From: the human T2T-CHM13v2.0 reference genome, Homo sapiens
Reading direction: 5' to 3' (one strand)
DNA: 64,000 nt
NCBI RefSeq assembly: GCF_009914755.1
Contig: NC_060938.1
This document shows, piece by piece, positions 58,599 to 64,000 of the stretch. The notes under the pieces are model-generated. The model had not been told where the DNA came from. It was given only the letters and a program-made list of their open reading frames with translations, and did no database searches. Numbering within the stretch: position 1 is the stretch's first letter; each line of letters starts with the position of its first letter. The position numbers were made by a program, and so were the translations under genes.

Positions 58599-59843
58599 CA
58601 GTCATGTTTTGCTTAACAACATGGATATTTTCTGAGAAATTTGTCCATAGGCAATTTTGTCATTGTGCGAACATCATAGAGTGTACTTCCACAAACCTAG
58701 ATAGTATAGCCTACCACACACCCAGGCTCTATATGGCATAGCCTATTGCTCCTAGGCTACAAAATTGAACAGCATGTTATTGTACTGAATACTATAGGGA
58801 ATTGTAACACAATGGTAAATATTTGTGTATCTGAACATACCTAAACATAGGAAAGGTACAATAAAAATACAGTGTAAAATATGAAAAATGGTGCCCCTGT
58901 GTAGGGCACTTACCATGCATGGAGCTTGCAGGACTGAAAGTTGCTGTGGGTGAGTCAGTAAGTGAGTGGTGAGTGAATGTGATTGCCTAGAACATTGCTG
59001 TACACTACTGTAGACTTTATAAACATTGTACACTTAGGCTACACTAAATTTAGTTAAAAAATTTTCTTTCTCTCAATTATAAATCTGCCTTAGCTTACTG
59101 TAACTTTATTACTTCATAAACTTTTTAAGTTGCAAAAAACGTTTTGACTCATAATATTTATACCACAAACACATTATACATCTGTACGGAAATATTTTCT
59201 TTCTTTACATCCTTTTTTCTGTAAGCTTTTTTTTTCTGTTAAAATTTTTTTTTCTTTTACTTAAAAAATTTTTTTTGGTCAAAAACTTAGACACAGACAC
59301 TCATATTAGGCTAGGCCTACATGGGTCAGGATTAGCAGTATCATTGTCTTCCACCTCCACATCTTGTCCCACTGAAAGGTCTTCAGGGACAGTAACATGC
59401 ATGAAGCTGTCATTTCCTATGATAACAATGCCTTCTTCTGGAATACCTTTTGAAGGACCTGCCTGAGTCTGTTTGACAGGTAACTTTGTTTTCTTAATAA
59501 GGGAAGGAATACACTCTATAGTAATGATAAAAAGTATACTGTAGTAAATAAACCAGTGACATGGTCCTTTATTATCATCATCACCATCACCCAGTATTAT
59601 GTACTGTACCTAATTGTATATGTTACACTTTTATATGACTGGCAGTGCAGTAGATTTGTTTATACCAGCATAACCACACTTATGAGTAATTTGTTGTGCT
59701 ATGATGTTAAGACAGTTATGACTTTACAACAGCTATGATGTCACTAGGCAATAGGAATTTTTCAGCAGCTCCATTATAATCTTAAGGGACCATTGCCTAT
59801 GTGGCCCATTATTGACCAAAATATCCTTCTCTGCACATAACTG
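58599..59843. mobile_element. Tigger3b (GOLEM/MER7 family), ~1245 bp, inserted in a MIR
   Basis: TIRs cagtcatgt... / ...gcacataactg with TA on both sides; MIR sequence resumes at 59846. Confidence 0.85.
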
Positions 59844-59949
59844 TAATTAGTAAATGGTGCAGCCAACATTTGAACAGAGTCTAAAACCTCTGCAATTCAT
59901 CTCTAGGAACCTTTTCTGATTTTGTGCTCATTCTGGGCAATGCCTAATG

Positions 59950-60800
59950 GAAAGCTCTGCTTGACTGTCCTATGGATATCTCAAAGTCCCAAAGTCCAGA
60001 TTAGAATTCATCACTCATCTACCTGAAAGTCTTCCTTCTTTTCTTGTGACAGAGACTTAATGATTGACACTACCAACCACCTAGCTGCTCAGGCTAAAAT
60101 CCTGAGTGTCACCCTTGACTCATCCTTCTTTCTTTCCCACTGTTTGTACTTATGGTGTTCATTTCTCCCATCTCTGCTGCTATCCTTCCCTACAATGTCC
60201 ACCCTTTTCTGTTTTTTGGGAAAGCTGTAACAGACTCTTTACCTATATTCCTATATAATCTGAGATATTCTGACTAATCTTACTAAAATTCAGATCTCAT
60301 CAAGTTACTTTCCTGATTTATACCCTTTTGTGGCACCTTGTTTTTTGGACAAAAGTTCAAAATCTAACCTAGGAAAAAGGTCCTTCTTTATCTAATCAGG
60401 GCACATTTTCCCACTTCTACTCTCTGTTCCAGCTGTCTTAAGCAGTTTGATATTCCTGAATTCACTTTGCTGTCTCTTGCTTCTGGGCCTTCCCTCCTGC
60501 TTTCCTGTCTTGCTGGAATACCCTGTTCTTAACTAACTCCATCTTATCCTTCATGTCTTAGCTTAGATGTTACTCCTTTGGGAAAGCCTTGTGTGGTAAC
60601 CTCTCACTTCATATTAAGTGCTCTTGTGTTCTGCAGCATGTTGAAAGGGCCACACATTCTCTTGTCTCAGGGCCTTTATACATGCTGCTTCCTGTGCCTT
60701 CTTTTCCCTACCTCTACCTGGTTGCTATTCATTCCAGACAGTGCTCTGTGGTAGACCCACATTTTCCCCTATCATAGCAAGAAATTCTTCTCTTCACTTT
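59950..60800. mobile_element. L2 fragments
   Basis: Pyrimidine-rich L2-like motifs (gctcaggctaaaatcctgagtgtcacccttgactc; ctcagggcctttatacatgctg). Confidence 0.55.
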
Positions 60801-62176
60801 GTGACATTTCAGACAGTTTTTATTGCATTCCTGTGTTTTAGAAATTTAGAATTTTGAAGCTTGCTTTTAATTTGTGGCTCCTTCACTCTTAATCTAAGCC
60901 TTAAAAAGAAACACCACTACCAAAACAACCCCAAGCCTGTTCCTTAGCTTTATGCTTCTCCAGGCAAGCTGACATTGCCTAACTCAAGAATCGATTTTGT
61001 GTCAGAAGTCAGCTGATGGTGTTTGTTTAAAAAAAAAAAAATGGTATTTTCAGCTTTCGGCCCCGACTACTGAACCTGACAAGTTCTGACATCTCTTCTC
61101 TTGGCTGCCTCTCACTTTTTTTTCTGTTTCCATGGAAATGGACATCAGATCACAGAAACATAGTAAGATACTAGTGGCTAATTGCTGTTGCAGAATTCAA
61201 AATTCTTTTTGTTTGTGGAGTGATTATTTTGGTGACTCTTACCCACTGTGTAGTATGTGGTAGTTAGCCAAAACATCTAAGGCAATTTATGGGTTTGAGA
61301 GCTAGAAGATGCTTTCCAAGAGTCACTAACTGGTATCCTAAAATATATTCTCTTTTTTTATCTTTCACGGAAAACATATTTTAAGAACTATAATCTTGTC
61401 AGAGAAGAACATTAGATTTCAAGCCAGGAGATCCAGCCCTAGTCCCAGATCTGCTGCTATCTCACTGTTTGACCTCTGTCAATTTTGTTATATTTATTGA
61501 ATGAACAATTGCTGCTACTTAGACTTGGGGCTGTTTACAAGTGTCCCAGGGAAAAGACTGTCTTTCTGCCAGTGTGCTTTAATAGCAAAGATAGAAATAA
61601 AATATATAACTAATCTTAGTTAAGAAAATCAAACCCAAGTTTCTAAACATCTAAATGGAAAAATGCTTTTAATCTCAGGCCTTTATTTTTTGCCTTCTGG
61701 AAAATGATCAGAATAAGATTCTGTCATATGGCCAGAAATGTTGGTGTAAGATTATATTTTTAATATACATGTGGTTTCTTAAGACAAGTACAGCCTATCT
61801 TACAGCAAAGTGATTAAAATTGTAGTAAAAAAATTCTATTAATTTTCCATTTAGTGAGGGGAGTTATTACATTACTTATATAATTTGTATTTTATTCAGA
61901 TCCAGGATGTATGAGGAGTTGCCACAGTCATATACCTTTGTGTCAGGCTTATCTTTACTAGGTCAGGATTTCTTCATAAATCTAAATTTAGAACTTGGAA
62001 AGCCAGGTTTTGTTAAGTGCAAAAAGGGACTGGCATGTACATATAAAAAAGATTAGTGTTTGCTGAGCTGCTTCTTCAGCACGTAGTGTCTGCTCTATAT
62101 CAAATGAACCTGAGTAATTGAAATTGAGTATGAACAGAATAAATCTCTTTTTTGCATGACTACACAGAATAAAATA

Positions 62177-62605
62177 GAGATGCATCTCAATTTATGATGA
62201 AGTTATGTCTTGATTAACCCATCGTTAAGTTGAAAATATCGTAAGTCAAAAATGCATTTAATACACCTAACCTACCAAAAATCACAGCTTAGCCTGGCCC
62301 ACATTAAACGTGGTCTGAACACATACATTAGCCTACATTTGGGCAAAATGATATCCAAAAAGTGCTGGCAACACAGCACACTAAAGAATATGTGTTGTTT
62401 ACCCTCATGACTGAATAGCTGGGAACTGATTTGTTGCTGCCGCCCTGCATCGCCAGAGAGTGTCATACTGCCTGTATGTCACCAGTCCAGGAAAAGATAA
62501 AGATTCAAAATTTGAAGTATAATTTCTACTGAATATGTATTGCTTTCATACCATCGTAAAGCCAAAAAATCATAAGTTGAGCCATTGTATGTGTGGGACA
62601 ATCTG
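62177..62605. mobile_element. MER47B / Tigger5-family element
   Basis: gagatgcatctcaatttatgatg...catcgttaagttgaaaatatcgtaagtc...gggacaatctg with TA flanks. Confidence 0.8.
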
Positions 62606-63399
62606 TATAGGTTTATACTGAACTCTCACTTATAATTGCAAGTATATAGACATAAGTCATACAGGTTAAGACATTATAAATAAATTAAATGGGAAATAAT
62701 CCATTTTATACTTTATAATTCAGTCAGACATTCCTAAAGGAAAAAAAAAAAACTACCTTATTTAATTTGCTGTGAATTTAGTCTCCCATAAAGAACTGCA
62801 CTAGACTTGGAGTCTGGTCCTGTCACTTCCCACAGTTTGTGAGACAGTTGCAGGCATCAGTAGATTCACCATAGGCCCCAGTGCTTTTAGGTGCATAGCA
62901 TTAAAGCAAAAGTTTATTTTTGTAAATAAAAAAGTCTTATACTTGTGGTATAATTAGACAATAAGAAAAAAATATTCAAGAAAGAAATTATAATGGCCCA
63001 TTACCCCATGATCAAAGTAAGCCACTATTAATTTTTTGGCATATTCTTTCAATTAAAAATATCTACCAGTGCATACAATGAGATCATGATAATGCTATAC
63101 ATGCTGCTTTTTAGCCAACTTACTTCATTATGCCATGTCATGAACATTTTACCCTGCTATTAATATTCTTTTAAAAATGATTTAAATAATGATATAGTAT
63201 GCCATCTTGACTGATTTTATAATTTATTTAACTCTTAAGAGCTTATTGGATATTTAGATTGTTTACTTACATACAACATTGAGCAGGAGCCTATAAACTT
63301 TCTTTAATCCCTTTAGCCAATGTGGAAAGTGCCTAGATTATATGATTTTCCAGGCTAGTACCTTATTACTTTTACTTTGATTTATTCTCATCGCCCACT

Positions 63400-63910
63400 T
63401 CTCATAATTCTGTAAGTCCCACTAATTTTATCTTTGAAATCACTCTTAAATTTGTTCATCTCCATTCTCGCTATAATTGCAGTAGTTCAAGTCTTCGTCA
63501 TCTAACTTGGAGTACTGCAATAATAACGTGCATAGCTGGTCTTCCTACCTCTGGACTCTTCTTTCAATGTATTACTCATCTTATGGTTAAAAATTATCTT
63601 TCTAAAACATGGATATAGTCATATATCCTCTGGTTTTAAAGTCTTTGATATTTTTTCATTGTCTGTGGCATAAGGCATTTGCCTGGTTTTCAAGGACATT
63701 CATATTTTGGTCCTGTCTGTCCCTTTTAGCCTCATTATTCTCCTCTTTCCACATTCCACATAGGTAGCCTTCCCTGAAAACACTGAGGTGTTCTCAGAGT
63801 CCTTTGTGTACTTTGTTTCTTTTCCATTGCTTAGAACGTACTACCTCTCACCTCATTGGCTTCTTACTTTCTTCTTCAATGCTTCAGCTCAAATATTACC
63901 TATCCTTTAA
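63400..63910. mobile_element. L2 fragments
   Basis: ttcaagtcttcgtcatctaacttggagtactgcaataa...cagctcaaatattacct. Confidence 0.55.
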
Positions 63911-63912
63911 AG

Positions 63913-64000
63913 CTGTGCTGTCCAATACAGTAACTACTAGCTATATGTGGCTTTTAAATTAAAGTAAAATAAAGTAAAAAAAATTCAGTTCATCAGTCGT
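63913..64000. mobile_element. MER33/MER3-like (hAT-Charlie), cut by window end
   Basis: gctgtccaatacagtaactactagctatatgtggc...aaaattcagttc. Confidence 0.7.

Overview
Primate (very probably human) genomic DNA: an AT-rich, repeat-dense, almost entirely intronic segment of NUBPL (IND1, the mitochondrial Mrp/NBP35-family Fe-S P-loop NTPase needed for complex I assembly) on the + strand. The only host coding sequence I can support is a pair of small exons (40 nt at 16589-16628; 91 nt at 16718-16808) separated by an 89-nt intron, encoding (S)[43 protein letters not shown]. The rest is transposon-derived: a near-full-length L1PA7/8-type LINE, truncated L1s, 13 Alus and a FLAM, a decayed HERV9 provirus with both LTR12s, a solo LTR12, MaLR/ERV1 LTRs, Tigger1/2/3/5, MER2, MER53, MER5 and two U6 retropseudogenes. 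I found no evidence of a new protein-coding system. The most interesting signals are genome-archaeology and regulatory ones: a 44-bp locally templated insertion inside Tigger2, a tailless U6/L1-fragment chimera, an orphan retrocopied mRNA 3' end, a solo LTR12 whose six upstream CCAAT boxes all read CCAGT, a provirus that reused the TSD of an older LTR, and an L1 5'UTR fused directly to a 3' end. Repeat subfamily names come from recall of consensus sequences, not from a database search.
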